A stretch of DNA of 57,950 nt from Hydrolagus affinis (GCA_012026655.1 JAAILG010002105.1:1-57950), one strand, 5' to 3'. Positions 22,421 to 35,965 are shown, counted from the stretch's first letter. The notes: generated by a model not told the origin, from the sequence alone. A program made the numbers and translations.

Positions 22421-24789
22421 GATTTATCCTCACATCTGATATTGTGCCATGTCACATCATCAAAATGTCTCAAAAGTGCTAAGTGATAGCGCTGGTATCA
22501 TTGATTCACCTTGGCTGATCAGTGACTGTTTCAAGGTCATAATTAAGTCTACCTCTGGCCAACTTATAATTTTCATTTTCTCTCCGTAAATGTCAAACTA
22601 TTTCACATTTGAAATGTCTTCATTTTAGGTTTGTTAATCCCCCTCCTCCCCCCTCTCTATATACACACATCACTTTAAAAGCCCACAGGAAAGTTGGAAA
22701 CCAACAATAATTTTAAATTCCAGTTCCAAGAAAATATCTGATTTTAATGTTGTTTTCCAGAATTGCAAAAGCACATTAATTATATGTGTCTTCCATGTGA
22801 CTAATGTGCTGCTTACCTCCAGTAATGAAAACAGTTTATGAATGCCAACTTACTAGGGATCCTTAAACATGAAGAAAAATCACTCACGTTGGCCAGCATC
22901 TAAAATTCCCAATTGTGTTCTATATTGGTGGGAAATAAATTCTAGGACTATTTATTGTTAGGTTAATGGATCAGATCTCAGAATACAAACAATGATCCTG
23001 CTAACATATTAGAAATTATCATGTTGGACAAATTGCCTTGCTTTGTTCATTTCATGGCAAATATTCATTTTTAATGTTATGTAAAATGGTAAATGTGCAT
23101 CAGATCCTATACTCTTCTATATTACACTCTAATCAGCTAACACAACCTCAACTTGATTTTAATTCAATCATTATTATTATCAAATGAACAACTGGAGTTG
23201 ATCCTAATGCCTTTTTAGTTATGTTCTCCAAATAATTTAGAAATGTGCTTATTTGTCTAAGAAATGGAAAGCTGCCAACTTGTAAAAGTGTCCAGGATGA
23301 CCTTTAATGTTATGGGTTGAAAGAAATTTTTAGTAATTTAAGTTTTTGTCCTCCCTATTAACTGAGTTCACCTTTAAAGTTTTCTATTTTTTAAAACAAA
23401 AGGTGTGCATGTTATGTTATTATTCTAAACATTTACACTCTCAAAATATAAACTGCATTTTCAAGACCTCAACGAGGATTTCTTCCTGTCTGTGCTGGAT
23501 TTTACGTTTGGTTGAGGTTTAGAGAATTTCCTTCCGCAAGTTTCAGAAATGAGTGTTTCAATCCTACATCATAAACCTCTGTGGGATATTTATGGGAATG
23601 CTCCCTAAAAGGCTCTGCAGGTTTCATTGCAGCAATGTTGGAAGTGTTAAACTAGTTTGTAACAAAGTTTACAGTCTAATTCTTATGACCTTGCACTATG
23701 GTGAGCCACGGGCAGGTGATTAAATATCAAGCAGGCAGCACTAGTATAAGCTGTATCATCCCCCAAGTTGCGCCTGCTTGGAATGCTATTTTAGTATCTG
23801 ATTAGAGTAGCATTTTAAACTTGTAGATTCAGGGGGAATTAACAGGAACACAAGATGTCTGATTTCTCTATTGGGGGAGGATTTTTTTTAATAGACTTGG
23901 TCATTATAAAAGTAATCTATGCTGCCGAGCGTAAAACTACTGGGACCCTTATTACTGAAAGATACTTTGATCATACCATTCTATTAGCCACTTTGAATGG
24001 ATACAGCTAAGTACTTGAACCTTCTGACAGCTGTACTAAAACTTGTGCATCAGTAAAACCATACACGGTTTGACATATTGGCTCAGTACTCAAAGCAGTC
24101 GAATGCTGAAGTTCCAATCAGAAGATTGGACATTTGAGTCCCAGCATTGCCTGCCACTCAAACAGCACTTCATGATGACGGTTATTCTCCAGCCTTTCCC
24201 TAGGGTGGAGGTAAATTATTTAAACGGGAGGTCAAATTCAAAGATTTTTTTTTTCAATGGCACCATTTAATAGAGTGTTGATTGTGTGCATTCATTGTTT
24301 GGAACTGCGTTTTTAAATTTTCTGTTATGGCAGATACTATTGTGGACCTCCAGTAGTCCTAAAGCATTTCAGTTGTGCAGGAGATTAACCTTTTATGTTA
24401 AACATGGTGCTCCAAGCCAAAATAGCCTGTTCCCAGGTCTGAGGTTTTATTTAGCTCTCACATTCTTCAGCATGAGGATTATCAGTTAGTTGCGACAGAC
24501 ATCTGAGATGAGAAGAAGTTCCCCTCATGATTCTTCAAGCGGGGTACAGAGAAAATTGAACCCTTTTTTTTATGAGAAATTATTTGTTAAATGATTAGAT
24601 TCCTCCCAATAATTAAATCATTCTTTACAAAAAGTATAATTTTAAGTGTAAGTGTATGTATAACAACAATAAAATTATATTTATAGAGCGCTTTTCACGT
24701 TGGGTGGACATCTGTATGTATTTTTAACAATTTTTTTTTTATTAAACATCCAACTTTCTACAGTTGATTGTCAACAAGACCGAGGCCTC

Positions 24790-25072
24790 ACTGATTGGTT
24801 CGCGCCAGTGCCTCCATACCTCAGGCAGTGGCAGCAGCAACCTCCATGGTTGCCCACCCCACCAAGCCAGTCAGGAATCTAGGTGTCTTGTTCAATCCTC
24901 AACTGTCTTTTCTCCTCCACATCCATGCCATGACCCGCTCTGCCTTCCCTCACCTCCGCAACATTGCCCAGCTCTGCCACTACCTCATCCCTCAGGCCGC
25001 TGAAACTCATTCATGCCTTCATCATATTCAGGCTTGACTATGCCAATGCTCTGCTTGTCGGCCTCCCTACGT
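24790..25072 (+). mobile_element. L2 LINE reverse-transcriptase C-terminal fragment (frameshifted)
   Basis: VRNLGVLFNPQLSF…SAFPHLRNIA followed out of frame by RLDYANALLVGLP, characteristic L2 ORF2 motifs. Confidence 0.88.
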
Positions 25073-26139
25073 GATAAACACCATACAAATGTAATTTTGT
25101 TATTGGAACATACGTGATCAAATATATTGAATAACTCTGTTACTGCATACTGAATGTCAACACATTCAAGAATTATTTCAACTTCACAAACTCATTTTGT
25201 GAAGTGGCTGTAGACGAGATACAAGTTGTATGTTTGGGAGCATTCTCTTGTACATGTAATTGGCACAATTCAATCGAGTGGTTAATGGTAGAAATCCATT
25301 CTGAATTGTTTGTGGACCAAATCTTTTTAAATGTGATACCTAGTAATATTTGTACTTGACATTTGAGTTTTATAACTCATCTACAAGTGATCTTACTAAG
25401 TACAGTAGTACCTTTGAGGATTTGTTTTATGTGAATACAAACATTTTCAAATGCAAATTCAAATAAGCTGTATATATCAATGTAATAATAGATCCTTGGC
25501 TGGTTTGTACCAAATTTGAATTCATATGCAGTATTTCAAGAGCAGTCCATCACCTACAAGATGATTAAAGCATAAATTATAGAATTGAAAAACTGTTGTA
25601 TTTAGAATTAATATAAAAAATAAAATGATTCTGAATTAATCCTGTCGTACCCACACTACACGGTTTACTACAGTTTAATTAATTTAAAATTAAACCTGTG
25701 TTGGTTTGTTTTCCTTGTGACAAAATACATGCTCAATAAATTGTCAGCTTGCCTAAATATTACATTTTTCAGCTCAACTGAGTCACGTAAAATATTTTTC
25801 CTATATTACTAAAATGGGATTAGTTGGGAGTTTTTTTTGTACCTACATAATATCTAATAAAGTATAATCACTAGGTGATGCAATGTGTCCCATTGCTGAT
25901 CACATTATCTTCATAGATCAGTCTGCAGTAGTACCAGGGTGCATTCCCTATCTTTAGTGTTGTAATGCAGAGGCTATATTTAGCTATCATGACCAGCAGA
26001 ATGTGTTTCAACATGCTTACGATACATTTTGCTCTGCAAGCTTTTATTGCCACAAGCAGAGGCTTGCGTTATTTTTTTCTTGGAACAAGTTTATCAGAAA
26101 TGCACTTGCAACCATTTTAGTAGCTCTTTTATTTTACAG

Positions 26140-26199
26140 GACGCTTGGGCCTAAATTTCCCTCATCCAGGAACAGATAACCTTGTGGCACTAAATAATA
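26140..26199 (+). CDS. CPEB3: CPEB3 coding exon 3 (G-RLGLNFPHPGTDNLVALNN)
   Basis: cttttattttacag| … A|GTAAGT, 60 nt, phase 1-1; homologous to mammalian RMGINFHHPGTDNIMALN. Confidence 0.93.
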
Positions 26200-26950
26200 G
26201 TAAGTAATGTTTTCTTTTACACAATAACTGCGAATATTCATGGAGAATTGTTTCTGTTCCCGAAAGGTTAGCATTTCTTGTTATTATTCTCATAGATTCA
26301 ATCTGCTATCTAACAGTTCAGAGATGGAAGTTTTTATTCATAAAAAAGGGCAACTAGCGAATAATTAATTTTGTGTAATTCTTTAAATCACAGTTTATTG
26401 AAGTACTTTATTTAAAATTGATTTTTACTTGTTTGTTTGCTCAACCGTATGACAGGTGCAGAGTTAAGATGATAATATGTTGTCTTACCCCAAATGATCT
26501 AGGAGGAAAAATGTTTTTGTTTCAAAATAAATAGTGTTCTGTTGTGTTCTGCCATGTAAATGTCACTGTTGTAATTTTCTGTAACAAATTAAACTTAAAT
26601 GAAATTTTAGACAAATGTCAAACCTATGATTGCCCTATACCCTATAAATGCATTGAACAAAAATAAAATGGATTTATTGCCCCTACATGAAACTCACCTG
26701 TGGACCAAATTATTTACAACCACTAAATGTGAGGAATTTCAGAATCTTGATATCTCCACACTGTCAAATTTACCTTGAATTACCAAGCTTACATTATGTA
26801 TGCAGAAAACCGATAAAGCAAGGAAGCTGGTCATTTAACCCAACTAGTCCTTGCTGTCATTAATACTCCACATGAGCCTCCAACCCTCCTAATCCTTCCT
26901 CCCCCTCCATATCACCTCTATTAATTTTTATCATGCATGTATGCATTACG

Positions 26951-27238
26951 GCGTCTTATAGCTCAGTGGCTATATTTACAAGTAAGAGACTTTGGTTTGA
27001 TTCCAGGCCGTGAGAAACCTAGGGCAAGTTTCCTTACTCCACATGCCTAATAATAATCTCTCAAAAACAAATTGATCATTTTTCATGACTGTTTGTGGGA
27101 CACTGCTGTGCGCAATTGGCTGCTGTGTTTCGCCCACAAATATACAGTCAATTCACTTTACAGTATATTCTGTGAAGCTCTTTGAGATGTCTAGAAGATG
27201 TGAAAAGCGCTATATCAAATGCAAGGATTATTATTATT
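26951..27238 (+). mobile_element. Near full-length tRNA-derived SINE (Deu-like core)
   Basis: A box TAGCTCAGTGG 26959-26969, B box GGTTTGATTCC 26994-27004, core TGTTTGTGGGACACTGCTGTGCGCAATTGGCTGC, tail …GCGCTATATCAAATGCAAGG(ATT)n; multiple copies in the window. Confidence 0.9.
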
Positions 27239-28568
27239 GTTTCCTCTTAATGTTGATGCTTTATGCTTCAATCAAAGTTTCTGGCATTGCGTTCCACATT
27301 TTCACCACTCTGCATTGCAAATTTGCTCCTAAATTCCTGGTTAGATTCCTGTTTGGATTTGCTATTATCTTGTATTTGTGGCCCCTTGTTTTGAATACAT
27401 CAAAAAGAGGAACAGTCTTTTAGTATTCACGTTAATAAATATCTGTATCAGATTTATCACCGACTAATCTGTTCCAGAACCTTTTTTTAAAAAAAGGTTG
27501 CATTACAATTTTGTTGAGGATGGTAATTTAGTACATTTTGTTGCAGTAGTGAAATTGCATTGCAGTGTTGTTCATGGTCATTTATTTAATGCTGTTCTAA
27601 ATGTGTCAAATGTTCCTATTGAGATGTTCAGTTCTGACAGCTATGGTTATACTGGGCCTGAGAGCAAAGGATACCAGGTGTTCTCAAATGAATGAAACAC
27701 ATCTATGAAATCCAACATGGAGGACAATTACATGAAACCCTGCTTGCTGCTGAGAAAATAATGAATTGATTGACTATGCGGTCTTAAGACCATAAGTAAC
27801 ACATTATGAATAACTCATTAATTTCTCATTCAACCAGAATGCTTTTTTTTGCAAGACTTACCTATGAGCAGTTGTGTCCTTCAGCTACTCTTGAAGCAAT
27901 TGCAGGATTAAATCAATTGTGCTACTTACAAATATGTGAGCGATGTGGCTGGAAGGAAGATCAGTTGCATTTATGCTTTTTAAAAAAAAATAATTAACAA
28001 CATACAGATGGAATTGTCATTAGTTTGGTTTGGAGATTTTGTGATTGTGGTTCTGGGTTTCTGGGTGTGCCCATCACACCGCTGATCAAAAAAAAAAGTC
28101 AAACAGGAAGATCTTATAATCTAACTGTGCTAAAAAAAGATAACAACAACACCAAATATGTGCACTCTGAAAATACTAGAACGTATAAATGGCAATTTGC
28201 GATCCTGTTCAATATTTTCGGTGAGACATTTTATTAAAATTAGTTTTAGCTCTTGTTTTCTTAATGTGCGCTAATTTTAGTTTTTCGCAAATTTCCGTTT
28301 GTTTCTGGTACTTATTTTAAGTAAGAGTCTTGCCAGACTGCGAGGCATACGTCTCTCTAATCTTGTATTGGATCTCCTCTCTTTTACACCCTAGGTCAGA
28401 CGTATTACCGATTTCTGCACCCTTCTTAATGCTTGCACCATATTCTTTTTGTAGCAGGGTAACTGAAACTCAAAACCAGACATGATTCGTTATTGTAAAG
28501 CTTCAGCACATCAATATTTTTCCGACACATTAGATTGCATGTTGTGTTCTATCGACCTTTGTGTAATA

Positions 28569-28968
28569 CAGTAAAAGCTTCGTCATCCAGCACCCTCGGG
28601 ACCTGACCGTTGCCGGTTAATTAAATATGCCGGATATTCGAGCGGCAAGTTGCCGAAATTCCTACACAAGAAATTAACTTATTTTAAAACACATGATATT
28701 AATAATAGACTACATAATAATAAAATATTGTAAGGATACTTACCAATAAAGCATTCCAGCACACTCGGTAAAATGATTGTTAAAAAAGCATTCCAGCGTT
28801 CGGTAAGTTTAATAAGTGTGCATGCACACGCATGCGCAAAGTCAGCATACCGCGAGTGTCCCAGATGGCGGTATGAGATCTGGTTGCTGGAATGGTGAAT
28901 TGTATTGGGAGATACCAGTTTGTTGATCATTCCAGTTGGTTGGGTGCCGGATAAACAAGCTTTTACTG
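28569..28968. mobile_element. Non-autonomous Tc1/mariner (pogo/Tigger-like) MITE, 400 bp
   Basis: 27-bp imperfect TIRs (CAGTAAAAGCTTCGTCATCCAGCACCC vs reverse complement CAGTAAAAGCTTGTTTATCCGGCACCC) flanked by TA on both sides. Confidence 0.9.
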
Positions 28969-29459
28969 TACATTGCATTTGTGTCTCTTAAATTTAATTT
29001 GCCATGGCTTTTTCTCAATTGCATGACAAAACTGAATTGTTTTGCTGCATCTTCTGTCTCTTTTGAGCAAATTTGACCAGTTTGTTCCTTTTCGTATCTA
29101 GGTCAGTTATGTAGATTAGAAATTTTACAAAGTGATGACCAGTGTCTTGGGACATCCTCCCAACGGGAAAGATGCTCTATAAATGTAATTTTGTTGTTGT
29201 TACAGTGACTGTTCAATATATGCACATTTCAGAATTATTTTAACACATCTTTCATGCAATGTACACATTAGAATAGTGATTTTATCACAAATAAGAGTGA
29301 TCCTGGTAATATAAAGAACGTTCCCTGCATAGTGAATAGCTTGTATCTAGCTCGATAAAGTGGTATATTTTCCATAAGCTGTCAGTTACTGACACACTTT
29401 CTATTAACTCACCCGTGATTATTTAATGTGCTTCAGTCCAAATTAAACACTTTCTCGTC

Positions 29460-29800
29460 ACCCTGTGTAGCATTCTTGCCTCCAAGTCAGAAGTTTGGCT
29501 TGATGCCTCATGTTGAGACTATTAGCTCACATCCAGTCTGACACTCCACTACATTGCTGGTAAAGTCTACCTTGATAGAGGTGCCATTATTTTGCCTGCT
29601 CAGGTGAGCATTGAAGAACCCATGGCATTATCCAAAAAGAGAAGGGAGTTTCTCCTGATGTCCTGGTCAACAATCGGCCAGAACAAATTAGTTATTGATT
29701 TCATGGCTGTTTGGAGGACGTTGTGTTCAAATATACCTACAAAAATGCATTCAATAGGCTTTATTTATACTGAATGCTTTGAAGTGCTTTGACATGTCGT
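29460..29800 (+). mobile_element. Old degenerate DeuSINE-like element
   Basis: tRNA-like head (cttgcctccaagtcagaag), decayed core (gctgtttggaggacgttgtgttcaaat) and tail (gaagtgctttgacatgtc). Confidence 0.55.
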
Positions 29801-32159
29801 CCTAGGAGAATAAAAGAACTGAAGGTGCCCTTGGAACCTTACAATACAGAAGTCACAACATTCAGCAATAGAATAATTTCTGCTTTATTAGAATAATTCA
29901 TTAAGCAATAGAATAATTACTGCTAAAAGCACTGCTTTGAAGAAAGCAATTGATAAGAGGTTCCAATAGAATATTGGCTTTCTCTTCAAATTATACCTGA
30001 TATTCTAAACATGCCAATAGAAGTAGTTACAATATGAAACTATCCTAACAGAATGTTAACTATCTTACAATAATCATTTTTCTTCGTCTTTCTGATTTTG
30101 TGCTGTATCAGTCTGTCACCTGTGTACTATACACTCGTTGACAGTTTATCGACTCCCATCTCAGTGAATGTGATCCCCTTTTGAGCTTGAATCCACTGTT
30201 ATGGAGCAATGTTGTTTGTGGCTATACAAACTATTTAATGGTTTGTTATGCATCCCCTTCATTTTGTTTTGTACATAATCCAATTATTATGTTTCTGTTT
30301 GCCAAGTACGGGGCAGCATTCTTCTTTCTTGCTGTTAGATTTTTCCATATCGTGCACCTGTACCCAATCCCAACTACCATTTTATCTTACCCTGTATGTA
30401 CACAAATCCTATGAAATGAGAACAGTTTGTTTGCATGGTAGCTAATTTACAACAAGTTTGGTTTAGGAAAACCTTTTCGGGAGCAACAAAGAAATTAAAA
30501 TCACTTTGTCCTTGGGGCTCGCTGCCACAGACGTTAACGCCCTCAGCCTTCAAGCAAAGGCCTTCAACCTCTCCTATTGTCAACCAGTTATTATGGTGAT
30601 ATTGTAACAAAGGGTTGAGTGTGATCTAATCTCCTACATCCAGGATATGTGGAAGATACCAATTGTGTATTATTGGATTATTATATATTACTCGTACTAA
30701 TATGTGTTTAATGGTAAAATACAGCATTAATTGGCAGCCATTCTCAAATCATTGCATATACAAAACTGCAGATTCATAGAAGAACCTTAAGAATATCATG
30801 CACGACTGTGCCACATATTTGGGTCTTTGAACTGACCTGTTGCCTCTGACAGAACAGGAAGGTTACATTACACCATCTTTCAAATATGTTAACATCACTA
30901 ATTATTGCTTATGCAATGTGATGACATTAGCCGCATGATTATTCTGGGGCCTGCCTGGAACCAAGCCTTAAATAAAAGCCACTGGCAATCCAGAAAACAT
31001 TCACAATTAAAGCATTGACACATCATGTGTGTAATGAGATCACACCTGCATTCAAAGATGCAAGGGACAGCAAGACGCCCGAGGGGAGGGGGTAACATTT
31101 CTCCATGATTCGATTCACTCTTATCATCTAAGAGTGTCCAGAATTTAGCAAACTAACTCTAAACTCTGAAGATCTTTTCTGTTCAAGTTATTATAAGAAC
31201 TGCACAGAACCAGCTTCAAAGCAGAGACTGAATTCATCAATTCTAGATGTTTCTAAAATGCAACTTGGGTGGAAAAAAATCTAGACATGGGTGGAATGTT
31301 ACCCCAAAAGTTGCTTTATTGTCATGATGCCCACATTCACTGCTGGTGCTTTTTCTCCACATGTAAACTAAAGCCTGAATCAGTTTCAGTGTCAGTCCCC
31401 TAATGGGATTACGCTCAATTCTTTCTTAGAAGTGAAAAGGACCAGAAAAAGCTTAAGTCCAATGTTTGTGAGTCAGTTTTCCCTTTAACAAAAGGGAGAA
31501 GTATTCTGAACAAGGCATTAAACCAGGTGTTCTGGAATGTATGTGTAATTCCATTTAAATGGATTGTGAAGTGTGGAAATGTTTTCCACACATTTGATGT
31601 ACGTAATTGCTTGCCTGTCCAAGACTATTTATATATGTGTTGCCTGCTGTGTGAAGGGATAAGTGTGAGATTTATTTCCTTTTAGTGCTGAGTAAATTGA
31701 GACTTTTTTTCAATTGATAATTAGATGATGGTGAGATGGCTCTTAAAATGTAATGTTTTCTTATCAAATTTTGAGGTTTCTAAGATCACGAGTCACCTCT
31801 GAAAAACATGTGAATTCATAGATGCTATTAAAATGCTTTCCATCAGCAACTAAAAGAAATGAAACCTCAAGATATATTCAATTTAGAGCTTTCATAACTT
31901 TGTTTTAGTTTTGACAGTAGGAGATGGGCTCTTCAAGTTATTTTTTCCTAAACATGTATCTGTTAAATATTCTCATACTACCTGTACTCAGTTAAGTTTC
32001 CTGTCATCTGTTGTATACTGATAAGGAGAGTTTCTGAGTAGCTATATTGTTTTGTTAGTTACAACAAAATTTACAATTGCATTTCAAAATTAGTTGTATT
32101 TACATACTAATGAAATTTGATCTAGTATATTTTGATTTACAATTGTCTTACCATTTAAA

Positions 32160-32280
32160 TAAGAACATAAGAAGTAGGAGCAGGAATAGGCCATTCGGCC
32201 CCTCGAGCCTGCCCACCATTTAATACAATCTTGGCTGATCTTCTATCCTAATTCTATTTACCCGCCCTGTCCCCATACCA
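32160..32280 (-). mobile_element. CR1 LINE 3' end
   Basis: taagaacataagaagtaggagcaggaataggccattcggcccctcgagcctg is the reverse complement of a typical CR1 3' terminus ending in TTCTTATG-type repeats. Confidence 0.8.
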
Positions 32281-32920
32281 TGATTAGTTCTGTGATTTAT
32301 ACTATTTGATGTGATTGTGATGGATTTCACACAACAAAAAATGTATTGCAAGGTTTTGATTTTAATAAACTGCTTGTTAAATTATGCAGAATTGGATCAA
32401 TTTTCATATAAATATGGAGAAATGCTAGATCCAAACTAAAATAATGAGTAAAAATTATCTTCCACATGGATTTTTCTAAAAATAACTGTGTAGAGCTCTA
32501 TTGAAGATTTGGTGCTAATATAGTAATATACTTGTATTTCAAAGTGGTAATCAACTGATTTTCCTATTTTCAATAATTGTGTTTTGCACTAAGATATATA
32601 ATTCTAAGTCTGTGGTGAATGATTGATTCCTAGATACAGTACAACTATATGGTCACTGTTTTTTGTGAGCCTGATCACACCTTGACACAATGTTGAAGTG
32701 ACTCATAATGCAATATGCTAATAGGATCCAGGTTGTCAGCGGATGTGATGATACTATCCAGAATGCAGTAGATAGTGAGACAAAGTTTAAACTATTGATC
32801 CTTCATATGTAGAATCTTGATGTACAACAACAACAAAAGTACATTTAAAGAGCGCCTTTCCCGTCAGGAGGACGTCACATGTCCCAGGATGTAGAAACCC
32901 TTGCTCATATTTGGAATAAG

Positions 32921-33065
32921 CTTTGCATTTCATATAGCGCTTTTCACATCTACTGTGACGTCTCAAAACGCCTCACAGAATATACTGTAAAGTGGATTGC
33001 CTATTTGTAGGTGGAACGCGGGAGCCAATTGCGCACAGCAGTGTCCCACAAACAGTCGTGGATTG
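32921..33065 (-). mobile_element. SINE, 5'-truncated (core + tail)
   Basis: Reverse complement of the core and tail of the 26951 and 41591 copies. Confidence 0.85.
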
Positions 33066-33990
33066 AGATTATTAATAGCTTCTCAATCATTGGTACTTGG
33101 ATTCTTCTGAGTGTGTAATTTGCTTTCTTTACCATTGAACCTGATGTTTGTATCAGGTTTTAATCAAATTGGATACAATCCTATTTTAAAAAGGATATTT
33201 TATTTTATGCCTCTGTATATTAATGAGGACCAAAGTATTAGCTTTCTGTCAGAGATGGGAGCTACCATTTATAAAGATCTTCCTCATTCCTTATAAAGAA
33301 AGAAATGATTCTGGCCTGACACTTTCTTAGCAAATTTAGTACAATACTGAATATGATTTGGTGACTATAAATGAATCAGCACCTTCACAATAATGTGAGT
33401 GTGGGTGGGGGAGTGGGAATATAAGTATTGTGTGGATCACAAACAACATGTAGCTTTGCAAGAATACCTGAGCCGTCTTTGTGCATTGAGGTTGGCTACA
33501 CACAAAAAAAAACTAAGAACACAATTTCCTGATAAAAATTTGAACGGTTTGAGTGCTAAATCCCAGAATCCACTACAGACAAAAACCAGCAGAATATATT
33601 TAATTCTGGATCTGCCATTCCTTATGAATGTTTATTAATACAATACAAACGTGGGTAAATATTTTAATTTCATAAGCTCCATCACGGAAAACTCTGTGCT
33701 GGAGCAGACCCAATTAAAGGAGAAAATAAAATAAAATGGTTTCCTGGGGAAAGTGAGGAAAGTACCCTACTGACCAATGGAACATTGGTATGTTGCACGA
33801 ACAATTCATACTTGTTAATTTTTGGGGAGTTTATGGTCTACATAAGGTAGAGTCCTAATAATGAACAAACGTGTCTACGAAACTTGCTGTGCATACCTAA
33901 TAATTTTTAGTATTCATTGGCAAGTGTACAATATTTTAAAAGATTTACAGTGACAGGAAACACCTCTTTTCTCTCTTTGTTTACATGCAG

Positions 33991-34014
33991 CAAGGACATT
34001 TGGGCGGCGAAGAG
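33991..34014 (+). CDS. CPEB3: CPEB3 24-nt microexon (T-RTFGRRR-G; 'B region')
   Basis: ctctctttgtttacatgcag|CAAGGACATTTGGGCGGCGAAGAG|gtaaag; phase 1-1; paralogous to the 8-aa microexon of CPEB2/CPEB4. Confidence 0.9.
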
Positions 34015-34650
34015 GTAAAGAATTATTTAATATTTAGCATTTGTTTGTCAAATATAGTATTGATTTTTGCAGCCCCATTTTTGCAATGATTAACAATTGC
34101 TTTTTAAAATTTTGGTTGGTTACGCCATTGACTACCAATAGTTACTTTGTCTTTTGGTTTATCTTTTGTAGTGGCCATTGAATCTCATGCTGACCTGTTA
34201 CTGCAGTAGATCATCTAAATGTTCCAATTAGTAGCTTCGCAGTTTCTTGGCACCTCTTTCACAATTCTTGACAGAGATAGCCAATTTCTCTGCGATGTGG
34301 CACTGTCTATTTTAAATCTTGCTCGGGATCAGCTGCTGTGGAAATTATATTCTCTCCTTTGAACCTGGTGTTTTCCTCAGTGCAAGTATTTTGTTTTTAA
34401 TCTGAGTGTTTTTTCAGATCTCCTCCTTCTTGATAGACGTGATGAGTGATAAGTAGGCGGCAGGTGCCGCTTTGTGCAAAACGATGGGGTGGTGGGAGGG
34501 GCAGAAGGAGATACCTGGGGAAAGTTACCCAGAGCTGTGATGACAAATCTCCTGGCTTGATCAAGAATAACACTGGCAGAGGCCTGGGTTTCTTCAGGGT
34601 TTGGTGAATGATGGTAGTGAGGGGATGGCAGGGGAAAGTCAGAAGAGAAC

Positions 34651-34742
34651 ATCCCAGGTAGCAAGCCCATGTGGGGCCCATATGGGCATGGATCAACCCA
34701 ATTTGTCCCATATGGGGCCCATATGGGTTTGCTACCTGGGAT
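34651..34742. repeat. 92-nt inverted repeat; probable miniature DNA transposon (CCCAG…CTGGG ends, flanking AT)
   Basis: Arms 34651-34686 and 34707-34742 pair over 36 bp with two G-T pairs and one G-G mismatch; 20-nt loop. Confidence 0.85.
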
Positions 34743-35965
34743 CTTTTAAAAAATTATATTGGTGAGGGTGGAGGGAAGAGGATTTAAAAGCTTTTGATAC
34801 AGCACTTCAATATCAAACCAACTTTTGGACCTTTAATACCTGTGACCATTATCATTAGTGCACCCAGGTTCTCTTAATGCTTCAACTCGCAGAAGCCATT
34901 TTGTATGATTGGCCTTGGAAAATGTTCAGATTGTATTGTACAAAAAGTGTGTCTAATTTAACATAAGTTATCCAATAGATAACAACACTAACTTTGCATT
35001 GAGAGTCAATTGAACTAAACACTTGACCTGTAAAAAGAAAGGTTTTGCTTTAAAATATAATAATGATTCTCTGATGCATTACCTACTCCAATACTTTCTA
35101 ACTAACTATCCCAGGTATACACATGTCCATTCATGCATGGTCTTCTGGTCGTAAGAACAGGTGAATTCCTACCCTACTTGTTTGTGGACATTTTCAGAAG
35201 AGGATAAAGGAAAGAAATTGGAGGGAAAGTTCCCTAAATTATGTTGCATTGTAGTTCATTTAGAATCAATCTAAACATAGCTTTAAAATAAGGAATGCAG
35301 GTCCTAGAATTAAGGAAGACTGTCCTAGTTACAGTAATAACCTGTTCAGTGTCAGTATGAACAGTGAAGTAATTATCTTAAAATCGTCTGCATTTTGATC
35401 ATAACTTTAAACTGCTTATATATTTTTAAATTGTTTAATCCATCAAGACTAAACTTACAAAGATTGTAACTAGCTTTCATACATGCAACTTATTTGCATT
35501 TATTGTTAAAATGTTTTCCGTAACATTATTTGTCCTAATTGGGAATCGAATAGCCTTCCATAAGGCTATACAAGGCTATTCCATAAAATAAGTTGAGTTC
35601 ATATAATCTTTTGACTGTAAATTGCAGAATCTTCTCCCTCCTTTCTTGGGGGCAGCAAATAGAAAATATTTCTTCTCTTAAAAACAATTATGCTCATGTA
35701 ATTTGCATTACTAATATTATTGAATGCAGTGTATAATATGAAATTACACTGAACCTTTAAGCTCAACCATTCCACTTTTTGTTTTTGTAAAACATCGTGA
35801 GTTGCATATATGCCTTGTTCATTTTACAGCAACATTGACAATTGCTGTGCGAATTCTGCCTCGAATATGTTATTGATTACATTAGGTCTTCTCTGCACAT
35901 TTCATATTACAATAAAGAACATTTTGCTTCCTTTTCACTAGATAGAAGTTTAAACTGTTTTTCAG

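Noticed and set aside
32741-32801. C/D snoRNA-like GTGATGA … TTGA with short terminal complementarity
   Set aside because: D box is not CTGA, the length is short and there is no recognisable guide sequence.
35826-35860. Resembles the 3' half of the CPEB3/HDV ribozyme: hairpin ACAGCAA/TTGCTGT, then GCGAA, then TTCTGC
   Set aside because: No adjacent P1, P3/L3 or P2 5' strand; the nearest GCAGAA is about 200 nt upstream (35624) without a P3 hairpin, and it is the wrong intron. Probably chance, although an Infernal scan is cheap.
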